Of a DNA stretch of 64,000 bases, positions 55,198-64,000 are shown piece after piece. The stretch comes from Bdellovibrionales bacterium. GTDB taxonomy: Bacteria; Bdellovibrionota; Bdellovibrionia; Bdellovibrionales; UBA1609. Position numbers and translations under genes: made by a program. The notes under the pieces were generated by a model. It did no database searches. It saw nothing but the letters and a program-made list of their open reading frames with translations, and was not told where the DNA came from. The stretch covers positions 571,529 through 635,528 of the forward strand of contig OZ250145.1 in the NCBI GenBank assembly GCA_965237565.1, given 5' to 3'. How positions within the stretch are numbered: the stretch's first letter is position 1; every line of letters begins with the position of its first letter.

Positions 55198-56349
55198 TTG
55201 ATTATGGTTCCAAAAAAAAAAGAAGAAAAGAAAAAGCTTTCTCCTAAAAATGCCATGCTTCTTGCCATTGAAGAAGCCAAAAAAGGTTTAGGCTTTGTGG
55301 AGCCCAACCCACCAGTGGCTTGTGTAATCCTAGATAAAAACCATCGTTTTTTGTCTTCCGGATACCACAAAAGATATGGAGGAGATCATGCAGAAGTTTG
55401 TGCCCTAAAAAGAGTGAAGGATAAGAGAAAATTAAAGGGAGCTCATGTGTTTGTCACCTTGGAGCCTTGCGGTCATCAAGGGAAAACACCGCCTTGTTCT
55501 TTAGCCCTTACAAAATATTCCATTCGATCTTTGGTTTATGGAGTGAAAGATCCAGTTGCCAAAGGAATGGGATTAAAACATCTGCGAAAAAAAAAAATAG
55601 GAGTCTCTCGCTATCTTGGACTCCAAGATGAGTTGAGTGCTTTGGTAGAAATGTTTCATTTCAGTTTTCTAAATAAAAGAAGTTTTGTGAGTTTGAAAAT
55701 AGCTTCCAGTCTGGATGGAACCATTGCTTTAAGAGATGGAAGCAGTCGATGGATTACGGAAAAAAAGGCCCGTGAGCATGCTCACACTTTGCGAGCTTCT
55801 CACTCAGCAATCCTGATTGGCTGTAACACTTTGATGCAAGATGATCCTCGCTTGAATATTCGATTGAATCAATTTAAAGGAAAAAAAAATAAAATTATCA
55901 TTTTGGATCCACAGGGAAAAAGTCTTTCTTTTCTGCCAAAATCTCGTCTTCTAAAATTTCATTCGCCAGAAGCCGTCTTTGTTTGTTGTTCGCATGAACG
56001 AAGGTCTCATCTCTCAAGCACTTATGCACAGTTGAGATTTTTCAAACTTGATAAAAGATTGGAACATTTTTCTTTTGGGCTACTCAATCTTTTAGAAGAA
56101 TTTTATCAAAAAGATCATATACAATCTATATTGGTAGAGGGAGGGGGAATTACTTTCTCTCAATTTCTGAAGCAAAAAATGTTTCAAAAACTTTATCTTT
56201 ATCTGGCACCTGCTGTTTTGGGTGCTGGGATCAAGTGGTCTGAGCAATTTCACATCAAGGACTTGCAACAGGCTCTTTCAGTAGGTGCAGTGAGAGTGAA
56301 GCATATAGGTCCTGACCTACTTTTGGAAGCTAAGGGCAAGCGGGTATAG
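55198..56349 (+). CDS. ribD: bifunctional riboflavin biosynthesis protein RibD (deaminase/reductase)
   Basis: Deaminase zinc motifs HAEVCAL and TLEPCGHQGKTPPC. Reductase part KIASSLDG ... VEGGG. Start TTG 55198 or ATG 55204. Confidence 0.9.
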   Translation: MIMVPKKKEEKKKLSPKNAMLLAIEEAKKGLGFVEPNPPVACVILDKNHRFLSSGYHKRYGGDHAEVCALKRVKDKRKLKGAHVFVTLEPCGHQGKTPPCSLALTKYSIRSLVYGVKDPVAKGMGLKHLRKKKIGVSRYLGLQDELSALVEMFHFSFLNKRSFVSLKIASSLDGTIALRDGSSRWITEKKAREHAHTLRASHSAILIGCNTLMQDDPRLNIRLNQFKGKKNKIIILDPQGKSLSFLPKSRLLKFHSPEAVFVCCSHERRSHLSSTYAQLRFFKLDKRLEHFSFGLLNLLEEFYQKDHIQSILVEGGGITFSQFLKQKMFQKLYLYLAPAVLGAGIKWSEQFHIKDLQQALSVGAVRVKHIGPDLLLEAKGKRV

Positions 56350-56422
56350 TAGGAGGTGCCGGGATCGAACCGACGACATCCACCTTGTAAGGGTGGCGCT
56401 CTACCAACTGAGCTAACCTCCT
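56350..56422 (-). tRNA. tRNA-Val(UAC); CCA not encoded
   Basis: Reverse complement: aggaggt-ta-gctc-agttggta-gagc-g-ccacc-ctTACaa-ggtgg-atgtc-gtcgg-ttcgatc-ccggc-acctcct-a. Confidence 0.88.
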
Positions 56423-56483
56423 AATGGAACGAGGAAAGGTTCCTATAATAAATTGGAACTGTTCTAGATAAAGATATAAGCAC

Positions 56484-57011
56484 CTAAAATTGGCAAACGT
56501 CCACTGCCTCAGGTAACCAATTCACTTGATCCTGATCGTCGTAAACAGGAAAAGCGAGTTTTATGAATTTGTCGTGGTTTTCAGTGGGAAAGACAAGAAA
56601 AGCCCAACCAAAGCCGTTTTCACTTCTGAGGAGAGGGGAAGCAAAGCCATTTTTATGGACAGAGAAACCAAGTCCAAGGCCATCTTCAGTGATAATTTCC
56701 TTAGACATATGGACAGGGAAACCAAGTCCAAGGCCATCTTCAGTGATAATTTCCTTAGACATATGGACAGGGAAACCAAGTCCAAGGCCATCTGCTCTTT
56801 CTCCATTATTAGCCGGTGCGACAACTACTTTGAGACATTGGACAATTTTCATTCCAATAGGATCAGGATAGAGATCTGACAAATTCCATTGTTGGAAGAT
56901 AGACAAATCATCTGCTTCGTTCATTGAAAAGCTGAGAATCGTCTGAGCAAGGGAAAAAGAGGAAAAGGTCAAGCAGATGAAACAGCAGAGGTAAAATAAA
57001 AAGTTTTTCAT
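56484..57011 (-). CDS. secreted protein with 18-aa tandem repeats
   Basis: Signal peptide MKNFLFYLCCFICLTFSSFSLA. Repeats of DGLGLGFPVHMSKEIITE. Confidence 0.6.
   Translation of the reverse strand: MKNFLFYLCCFICLTFSSFSLAQTILSFSMNEADDLSIFQQWNLSDLYPDPIGMKIVQCLKVVVAPANNGERADGLGLGFPVHMSKEIITEDGLGLGFPVHMSKEIITEDGLGLGFSVHKNGFASPLLRSENGFGWAFLVFPTENHDKFIKLAFPVYDDQDQVNWLPEAVDVCQF
56655..56795. repeat. 54-bp tandem repeat (about 2.6 units) inside 56484-57011
   Basis: Units start at 56655, 56709 and 56763 (atggacagggaaaccaagtccaaggccatcttcagtgataatttccttagacat). Confidence 0.85.
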
Positions 57012-57025
57012 AGAAATCCCCTCAC

Positions 57026-58297
57026 TTATTTAAGTAACACCTTCGCAATTTTATTCAAATAATATCCATTCTTTGTTCTGAATATATATCTGGGTTTGCC
57101 ATAATTTGGCTCCACCAACTCGCGCAGTCTTTTGATTGTAACATAGATTTTATTGTCATGGACAGTAGGATCATACTTTTGTCTCCATATTTTCTCAATC
57201 AATTCTTCCTTGGAGTAAACGGTCCCTTGGTTTGTCACAAAAAGCTTCAGCATATCGAGTAAAATAAATTGGTTTTTAAAATCCACCTGTCCTTTTAGTT
57301 TTTCTGTAATCGTCTTGCTTTCAACATTTACTACAATATCATAACTGCTTGAAACATGCCTTTGCAACTGCTCAAGGGATCGTTCAATTTGTCTGTAAAG
57401 TCTTTTGAACACATCCGGTTCAATAGATTTTTTTGCCAGATTAAGAAAAATAGAGGCTTGTTTATAGTTCTCTTTGCAAAGGTAATTATGTCCCAAAGAA
57501 TGGAGCAAAAGAGGCATGAGATATCTTCTCCTCTTGCAACCCTTCTGTGATTGTTCATAACAATTCCAATAAAGCTTCTCAGCTTCATCGTACTTTTTTT
57601 CTTTCCTCAGCAGATCTGCTTTGTGGAGGTCGTGCAAAAAAATTAGCATTGCTCTCTCGTCTGAAAAGACTTTCAATAATTGAATCAAGGATTGATTCGA
57701 TCCTCTTGTTGATGCATTTGAATTCCGATTTACCTCTTCTTCCAGATTGGCTTGGAATGTGTTGAAAAAATCCAATAACATTTTCATGTTTTTCAATTCT
57801 TGGAAAGCCACTTCCACTTGGTCTCTTACACCGTACAGGCAAGAAAAAGCATAAGAAATGAAACATATGTTTAGCTTGGCAGTTAGCAAATCTGTTTGGT
57901 TGTTTTCCTCTTCTGCTTTTTTTTGTAGTTGCAAGGACTGAGCGAGTCCTCGGTCGAAGTGGTTTTGTGCGATCACATATTCCTTCCTTCTTAGGAAGCA
58001 AAAGCCCAAAGCGTAGTGAAACTTGGCATAATCAGCACTTAACTTCCGCTTCCAAACCACATGAGAGAGTTCTTCTTGCACTTTGTCGATTTCGTCAAAA
58101 TGCTCCATCTCCGCATAAATAGCTAGCAACTGAATTTGGGATTTTATGTATTCTTCGTACTTCTTTTCTTTTAAGAATAAGATATTAGCTCGCTTGAAAG
58201 CACGGGAAGCTTCTCTTAATTCGTTCGCAACCAATTGATTGATACCTGCTTGCATCAGGTTCTCAGCTCTTTCGATCTCCCTGTACTCAAAATCCAT
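57026..58297 (-). CDS. TPR-like protein with C-terminal OmpR/PhoB-type winged-helix DNA-binding domain
   Basis: The C-terminus YSKEELIEKIWRQKYDPTVHDNKIYVTIKRLRELV...IFRTKNGYYL is Trans_reg_C-like. The N-terminal ~320 aa are helical-repeat-like. Confidence 0.65.
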   Translation of the reverse strand: MDFEYREIERAENLMQAGINQLVANELREASRAFKRANILFLKEKKYEEYIKSQIQLLAIYAEMEHFDEIDKVQEELSHVVWKRKLSADYAKFHYALGFCFLRRKEYVIAQNHFDRGLAQSLQLQKKAEEENNQTDLLTAKLNICFISYAFSCLYGVRDQVEVAFQELKNMKMLLDFFNTFQANLEEEVNRNSNASTRGSNQSLIQLLKVFSDERAMLIFLHDLHKADLLRKEKKYDEAEKLYWNCYEQSQKGCKRRRYLMPLLLHSLGHNYLCKENYKQASIFLNLAKKSIEPDVFKRLYRQIERSLEQLQRHVSSSYDIVVNVESKTITEKLKGQVDFKNQFILLDMLKLFVTNQGTVYSKEELIEKIWRQKYDPTVHDNKIYVTIKRLRELVEPNYGKPRYIFRTKNGYYLNKIAKVLLK

Positions 58298-58418
58298 TCT
58301 TATTTATCCTTTCTATCAGAGATTTTTGAGCCTTAGATAATGGAGTTCTATCACCTGTGTCAAGTTTTATTGTAAGAATTGCATGTAAAGAGAGCTTATA
58401 AAAAAGAGTATAAAAATT

Positions 58419-60875
58419 TCAGTGTTTTTGAATCGGTTCGTGTCCCGTGTATCTTGCTTTTAAGCCGGTAAGCTTTTCGAAGCGTCTTTTAAATAAATCG
58501 TGAACGGATCTAATTTCTAGTGCATTTACTAGAACTTGGTCGACGTGGTTCACCGTGATGATTTCAATTTTGTTTAAAATTTCGGCAGGCATTCCTTTTT
58601 GTTTGTCTTTTAGATCTTTTTCATTTTCTTTTGGAATTAACACGATTTTCATACCTTCTCGGTGGGCTGCTAAAATTTTCTCCTTCAACCCTCCGATGGG
58701 TAAAATGCGACCTCTTAGTGTGATTTCACCGGTCATGGCTACTGTCTTCTTAACTGGAAAATGCATAATAGAGGAAACCAGACTGGTAGTGATCGCTACC
58801 CCCGCTGAGGGACCATCCTTGGGAACTGCCCCCTCTGGTACGTGGATATGAAAATCATGTTTTTCAAAATATTCTGTGGGCAATCCAAATAAAGGTCCGC
58901 GGGAACGCACATAGCTCAAAGAGGCTGAGCAAGATTCTTTCATTACGTCTCCAAGCTGGCCGGTAAAAGTGAACTTGCCTTTGCCGGGAATTACAGAAGC
59001 CTCAATGGCTAACAAATCACCACCTGCTTCCGTCCAAGCTAGTCCATTTGTTAATCCAATTTCATTTCTCTTCTCCACTTTTCCGTATTTAAAGATATGC
59101 AAGCCCAAATATTTCTTTATTTTTCCAGAAGACAATGGGTAGTTGACATATTTTTTGATCAAAGTATTTGATGCATCGGCTGATTTGGGTTCGTTGAAAA
59201 TGATTTCTTTCACTAATTTTCTGCATATCTTCGCAATCTGTCTTTCCAGTTCTCTCACTCCAGCTTCTCTTGTGTAGTAGCGGATGATTTCCGTTAGGGC
59301 TTGTTTCTTTAGGGACGGGTTGTACTTTTCCAATCCGTGCTTAGTGATTTGCTTCGGAACCAAGTACTTGGAGGCAATATTTAGTTTCTCATTTTCTGTA
59401 TATCCCTCAATAGAGATCATTTCCATTCGGTCTAGTAAAGGGTTAGGAATTCCATGAAAAGAATTGGCTGTGGTGATGAAAAAAATAGAAGAAAGATCAT
59501 AATCCACTTCCAAATAGTGGTCTTGAAAAGTGTTGTTTTGTTCTGGATCCAAAACCTCAAGCAGAGCGGACGAAGGATCTCCTCTAAAATTTGTGCTGAT
59601 TTTATCTATTTCATCCAATAGGAATAAAGGGTTCCCATGCTTGGACTTCCGAATGGACTGAATGACTTTGCCGGGCATTGCTCCCACATAAGTCCTTCGA
59701 TGGCCTCTGATTTCTGCTTCATCCTGCATCCCTCCCAGAGAAATTCTCACAAAGGGACGCCCGAGGGATTTGGCAATGGATTTGGCCAAAGAAGTTTTCC
59801 CCACTCCGGGAGGACCAATGAAACAAAGAATCGGACTTTTTACTTTGCTTGTCATTACTCTAACCGCCAAGTGTTCCAAAATCCTTTCCTTCACTTTTTC
59901 GAGCCCCCAATGGTCTTTATTCAACACTTTTTCGGCTCGTCTGATATCTTTGTTTTCCTTTATATAATCTTGCCATGGCAAGGTAGTGACCCAATCTATA
60001 TAATTTCTGACAACAGCTGCTTCTGCACTCATCGGAGACATCATTTTGAGTTTTTTTATTTCACGAGCTACTTTTTCTTTGGCTTCCGCAGACCACTTCA
60101 TTTGGCTGGATTTTTCTTCCAATTCTTGGATCTCTTTTTGGAAATCATCTTTTTCACCAAGTTCTTTTTGAATCGCTTGGAGTTGCTCGTTTAAATAATA
60201 TTCCTTTTGGGAGCGCTCCATTTGCTCTTTCACTCTTGTTCGTAATTTTTTTTCAACTTTCAAAATCTCAATTTCTCTTGTGATGTGCTTCAAAACAATT
60301 CTGAGTCTTTCACCCGGATCGAAAGTTTCTAGAATTTTTTGTTTATCTTCCATTTTTAAATTGAGCTGTGAGGCAATATTGTCTGCCAGTTCGCTGAAAT
60401 TCTCTATTGTGGAAATTCTGGCCAAAACTTCAGGAGGTATCTGCTTGTTTAGTTTCACATAAGACTCAAATGAACTGTAAATCATTCGGGTCAGAGCATT
60501 GGCTTCTGTTTCATTTTTCATTTTTTCAGCAACGGGGTTCACTTCCGCCGTAAAGAAGTTATCCAATTGAACAAATTGCTTTATATGAACTCTGTATTTT
60601 CCTTCGACCAAAGCCTTTACTGTTCCGTCCGGCAGTTTGAGATGTTGAATAATGGCACCCACAGTCCCCACAGAATGAATGTCTTTAGGAGAGGGGTTGT
60701 TATTTCGTGCTTCTTTTTGGGAGGCCAAAACAATGTCTGTTTTTGTGTCCATGGCTTTTTGCAGGGCTTTGATACTTTTTTCACGGCCAACAAAAAGAGG
60801 CATCATCATGTGAGGAAATACCACCAAATCTCTTAACGAGAGTAAAGGCAGTAATTGTGTTTTTTCCTTTTTCAT
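58419..60875 (-). CDS. lon: ATP-dependent Lon protease
   Basis: LON N-domain, Walker A GPPGVGKTS, Walker B FLLDEIDK, protease site PKDGPSAGVAITT. Confidence 0.97.
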   Translation of the reverse strand: MKKEKTQLLPLLSLRDLVVFPHMMMPLFVGREKSIKALQKAMDTKTDIVLASQKEARNNNPSPKDIHSVGTVGAIIQHLKLPDGTVKALVEGKYRVHIKQFVQLDNFFTAEVNPVAEKMKNETEANALTRMIYSSFESYVKLNKQIPPEVLARISTIENFSELADNIASQLNLKMEDKQKILETFDPGERLRIVLKHITREIEILKVEKKLRTRVKEQMERSQKEYYLNEQLQAIQKELGEKDDFQKEIQELEEKSSQMKWSAEAKEKVAREIKKLKMMSPMSAEAAVVRNYIDWVTTLPWQDYIKENKDIRRAEKVLNKDHWGLEKVKERILEHLAVRVMTSKVKSPILCFIGPPGVGKTSLAKSIAKSLGRPFVRISLGGMQDEAEIRGHRRTYVGAMPGKVIQSIRKSKHGNPLFLLDEIDKISTNFRGDPSSALLEVLDPEQNNTFQDHYLEVDYDLSSIFFITTANSFHGIPNPLLDRMEMISIEGYTENEKLNIASKYLVPKQITKHGLEKYNPSLKKQALTEIIRYYTREAGVRELERQIAKICRKLVKEIIFNEPKSADASNTLIKKYVNYPLSSGKIKKYLGLHIFKYGKVEKRNEIGLTNGLAWTEAGGDLLAIEASVIPGKGKFTFTGQLGDVMKESCSASLSYVRSRGPLFGLPTEYFEKHDFHIHVPEGAVPKDGPSAGVAITTSLVSSIMHFPVKKTVAMTGEITLRGRILPIGGLKEKILAAHREGMKIVLIPKENEKDLKDKQKGMPAEILNKIEIITVNHVDQVLVNALEIRSVHDLFKRRFEKLTGLKARYTGHEPIQKH

Positions 60876-60878
60876 TCT

Positions 60879-62171
60879 CTAAGCACTTTCACTGGAAGAT
60901 TCTATTTTTTCTCCACCTTTTCTTTTTCTCTTGTTGCCGTATACAATGCGTGGGGTTTTTTTGTTCATGACTACATCTTCGGTAATCTCATACTTTTGAA
61001 TCGAAGTATCAGAAGGAGAGTCATACATAATGTCCAACATAAATTCCTCAATCACTCCTCTAAGTCCCCTAGCACCCGTTTTCTTTTTGATAGCCAGTTT
61101 GGCAATGGCTGACAAAGCATTGGGTTTAAAATCTAGTTCAACGTTTTCATATTGCATCAACTTTTTATACTGTTTGACCAGAGCATTTTTCGGTTTTTGT
61201 AAAATATCTATCAAAGACTTCTCATCCAGTGAGTCTAACACAGCAATCACGGGCAGACGTCCAACAAATTCGGGAATGAGGCCGTAGCGAAATAGATCAT
61301 TGGGCTCAATTTCCTTGAGAATGTTATGTTTTGACTTGGTTTTTTCTTGTTCTGTCCGAATATTAGCGGCAATTCCCATGCTTTTATGAGATAGCCTGTT
61401 TTCAATAATATTTTCCAGTCCAATGAAGGCTCCTCCAACAATGAACAAAATATCGTAGGTGTTCACTTGAATAAATTCTTGTTGAGGGTGTTTGCGACCT
61501 CCCTTTGGGGGCAAGTTTGCCACTGTTCCTTCCAAAATTTTCAATAGAGCTTGTTGAACACCTTCTCCGCTAACATCCCTTGTAATGGACAGGTTTTCAG
61601 ACTTGCGAGTAATTTTGTCGATTTCATCAATGTAAATCACTCCCTTTTGCGTTTTTTCCACATCATCATCCGCCGCCTGCAAGAGATTTAAAATAATATT
61701 TTCAACATCCTCTCCCACATAACCTGCTTCTGTTAAAGCAGTTGCATCAGCCATGGCAAAAGGCACTTGTAAGATTTTGGCGATGGTTTGGGCGAGAAGA
61801 GTTTTTCCTGATCCGGTAGGGCCGATGAGAAGTACATTGCTCTTGGTAATCTCCACATCCTCTTCATTAGTTTTTAATGGAGTCCTCCTCTTACCGATTC
61901 TTTTGTAGTGATTGTGAACGGCTACGGACAAGGTTTTTTTCGCTTGTTCTTGTCCAATAATGTACTCGTCTAATTTTTCGTGAATTTCTTTGGGTTTGGG
62001 AACCGGACACATTTTTCTATCACTGGGTTCTGTCTTGTTCTGATTGGAAATCAGTTCCTCGCAAAGCTCCACACACTCGCTACAGATGTAAACTCCTCCG
62101 GGACCAGCAATCAGTTTCTTAACATCCCTTTGATTTTTCTGACAAAAACTACATTGGTATTGTTTTTTCAT
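60879..62171 (-). CDS. clpX: ATP-dependent Clp protease ATP-binding subunit ClpX
   Basis: Zinc finger CSFC...CSEC, Walker [28 protein letters not shown]. Confidence 0.97.
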   Translation of the reverse strand: MKKQYQCSFCQKNQRDVKKLIAGPGGVYICSECVELCEELISNQNKTEPSDRKMCPVPKPKEIHEKLDEYIIGQEQAKKTLSVAVHNHYKRIGKRRTPLKTNEEDVEITKSNVLLIGPTGSGKTLLAQTIAKILQVPFAMADATALTEAGYVGEDVENIILNLLQAADDDVEKTQKGVIYIDEIDKITRKSENLSITRDVSGEGVQQALLKILEGTVANLPPKGGRKHPQQEFIQVNTYDILFIVGGAFIGLENIIENRLSHKSMGIAANIRTEQEKTKSKHNILKEIEPNDLFRYGLIPEFVGRLPVIAVLDSLDEKSLIDILQKPKNALVKQYKKLMQYENVELDFKPNALSAIAKLAIKKKTGARGLRGVIEEFMLDIMYDSPSDTSIQKYEITEDVVMNKKTPRIVYGNKRKRKGGEKIESSSESA

Positions 62172-62770
62172 ATTTGTTTCTTTCTACTTGGAACAATGTG
62201 ATCCACTAGATGAAACTTCAAGGCCTCTTCCGCACTCATGTAGTGATCTCTTTCCATAGCTTCTGTGAGAGTTTCTAAATCGTTCCCTGTGTGTTTGGCA
62301 TAAATTTCTGTTAATTTTTTCTTTGTTAAGCTCATTTCTTTGGCTTGGATTTCAATATCGCTCACCTGTCCGGATAAACCAGTTCCCCCTGTATGAGGTT
62401 GGTGAATCATCACACGGGAGTGAGGTAAAATATAGCGTTTTCCAGCAGTTCCTGCTGATAGGAGCAAAGCCCCCATGCTGGCGGCCAAACCAATGCAATA
62501 GGTTCTCACGTCACATTTAATAAACTGCATGATATCGTAAAGAGCGATCCCAGCAGTGACACTTCCTCCGGGAGAATTGATATAAATATGAATATCTTTC
62601 TCAGGGCTTTCCATTTCCAAAAAGAAGATTTGAGCAATCATGCTATTGACTGCCTCATCTGAGACAGGAAAGCCCAGCATAATGATTCGGTCTTTCAGAA
62701 GTCGTGAGTAAATATCATAACTTCTTTCTCCCCTAGGAGTTTGTTCGATAACAATAGGAATTAAAGCCAC
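62168..62770 (-). CDS. clpP: ATP-dependent Clp protease proteolytic subunit ClpP
   Basis: [18 protein letters not shown], active-site context GLAASMGA, and MIHQP. 4-nt overlap with clpX. Confidence 0.97.
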   Translation of the reverse strand: MALIPIVIEQTPRGERSYDIYSRLLKDRIIMLGFPVSDEAVNSMIAQIFFLEMESPEKDIHIYINSPGGSVTAGIALYDIMQFIKCDVRTYCIGLAASMGALLLSAGTAGKRYILPHSRVMIHQPHTGGTGLSGQVSDIEIQAKEMSLTKKKLTEIYAKHTGNDLETLTEAMERDHYMSAEEALKFHLVDHIVPSRKKQI

Positions 62771-63013
62771 GGACGCTCCTTTGTGTTAGGCTAGAGCTTG
62801 GTTAATATACAGAAGTCCAGAACCATACCCTATACATTTATCTTCGGGTTTCAATGAAAATGACTTGAATGACAAGCGCTAATAATAGATGAAAAAGTCC
62901 GTCGTCGGTCCAGAAATGGTTTGGTGAACAAGCAAATCAATATTTTTTGTTTATCCATATAATATGTGCTATAGGTCATTTCTTGATCAAACCATAAAGT
63001 CTGGAGTGTTTTC

Positions 63014-64000
63014 GTGAGAATATCTATTTTGTCTGTGCAGGATGCGAAAAAAATTTGTTCTTGCCTACTTGTGATGGTTTCCAACAAAGGTTTGGAGAAA
63101 AACAAAACTTCATCAAATTTGTTTCGCCTACTGAAGCGATTGAAAAAACAAGGAATATTTACAGGAAAAAAAGAAGAATCTTTGTTTTTACCCTGTGCTC
63201 AAGTAGCTCAATTTGAACATTTGTTATTCTTCGGCTTGGGTGAGGCCAAAAGTCTAGATTTGGAAAGTTTCCGAAGGGCAGCTGGACTGGCTTGTAAAAA
63301 TTTAGAAAGTCATTCCCAAACATCCGTGGCTCTTGATTTTTTCTCCATCGCCCCTTTGGTGACAGATGTAGGCTCTGTAGCTCAGGCCCTCACAGAGGGG
63401 TTTATTCTCTCTGATTACCGATTTGAAAATCTCAAACAAAAGGACAGGGGAGTAAAAAGGGTGAAGAGCATTTTTTTCATTTATACAGAAAAATCCAAGG
63501 AAGTGAAAAAGGGATTGGAAGAAGGAACGTACATAGCCGATAGCACCAATTTTGTTCGCGGTCTTGGAGATCATCCACCCAATTTGATGACGCCAAAGAT
63601 TTTGGCTGAGCAAGTGCAAAAAAAATTGCAAGGGGTTTCAGGTCTGCAAGTGAAGCTGTGGGACAAAACACGGATTCAAAAGGAAAACATGGGGGGTTTG
63701 TTGGGTGTTTCCTTAGGTTCGAATCAAGAACCTCGCATGATTGCTATTGAATACAATGGTGCTCAGGCTGGTCATGGTGGAAAGAAAAAACCTCTCGTCT
63801 TTGTGGGAAAGGGACTGACTTTTGATTCAGGGGGGATCAGTTTAAAACCTTCCATGAATATGGATGAGATGAAGTACGATATGTGCGGAGCTTTGGCCGT
63901 GATTGGCACTCTTTTGGCGATTGCTCGTTTGAAGCTAAAAGTTCATGTGATTGGTTTGGTGGGAGCAAGTGAGAACATGCCAGGAGCAGGAGCGAACAAA
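63014..64000 (+). CDS. pepA: leucyl aminopeptidase PepA (3' end outside window)
   Basis: This frame is open from 62987 to the window end. NFVRGLGDHPPNLMTP, VGKGLTFDSGGISLKP and MKYDMCGA are M17 motifs. The GTG 63014 start is a guess (ATG 63074 is the alternative). Confidence 0.85.
   Translation, partial: MRISILSVQDAKKICSCLLVMVSNKGLEKNKTSSNLFRLLKRLKKQGIFTGKKEESLFLPCAQVAQFEHLLFFGLGEAKSLDLESFRRAAGLACKNLESHSQTSVALDFFSIAPLVTDVGSVAQALTEGFILSDYRFENLKQKDRGVKRVKSIFFIYTEKSKEVKKGLEEGTYIADSTNFVRGLGDHPPNLMTPKILAEQVQKKLQGVSGLQVKLWDKTRIQKENMGGLLGVSLGSNQEPRMIAIEYNGAQAGHGGKKKPLVFVGKGLTFDSGGISLKPSMNMDEMKYDMCGALAVIGTLLAIARLKLKVHVIGLVGASENMPGAGANK

Noticed and set aside
59637-60194. 185-aa antisense ORF inside lon (and similar antisense ORFs inside fusA, rnr, nuoCD, OLD and the 4597-5085 gene)
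   Set aside because: Each is fully embedded opposite a strongly supported gene and has a low-complexity, motif-free translation. Typical shadow ORFs.
62851-63105. 84-aa tracked ORF on the minus strand
   Set aside because: It sits in the clpP-pepA divergent region and overlaps the probable pepA 5' end. It has no motif or RBS support.

Overview
AT-rich bacterial chromosomal window from a diderm. The gene content (mitochondrial/'spd'-type EF-G, eukaryote-like type II glutamine synthetases, sigma-54 activator, Mla, Nuo) would fit a Bdellovibrionota/Oligoflexia-like lineage, but this is unverified. Most of the window is housekeeping: rpoD (partial), recQ-glnII, fusA-dcd, a second glnII, mlaEFD, rnr, nuoB-CD-E-F-G-I, recO, serA, nhaA, rnhA, rnpB, a leucine-catabolism cluster (MCC/hydratase/HMG-CoA lyase), ribD, clpP-clpX-lon, pepA (partial), six tRNA genes and tmRNA. 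The stand-out is an ~11 kb plasticity zone (about 15.4-26.5 kb) that abuts the 3' end of ssrA. It has three parts. (i) A graveyard of decayed, deletion-riddled copies of loci found elsewhere in this window: an rpoD-tRNA-orf165-ank-glnII block, multicopper-oxidase 5' pieces, a tRNA-Cys half and lipoprotein paralog pieces. Only a secreted ankyrin-repeat gene survives intact. (ii) A 5.35 kb, visibly more AT-rich defence cassette bracketed by apparently identical 175-bp direct repeats. It carries a beta-class DNA methyltransferase, an HNH endonuclease and an OLD-family ATPase-Toprim nuclease in one tightly coupled operon. Upstream lies a controller-like HTH gene killed by three clustered stop codons. 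Downstream is a wHTH + PD-(D/E)xK nuclease gene split exactly at a G9 homopolymer, a candidate phase-variable switch. (iii) A CopA-CopB fusion gene. A diverged tmRNA-3'-end-like fragment inside the cassette suggests an old integrase-less ssrA island. Other notable points are a gene-conversion tract between the two glnII paralogs, a recQ 5' duplication bracketing a tRNA-Ser cassette, and a large secreted protein with a caspase-like His/Cys dyad. All homology calls come from motif reading by eye; no searches were run.
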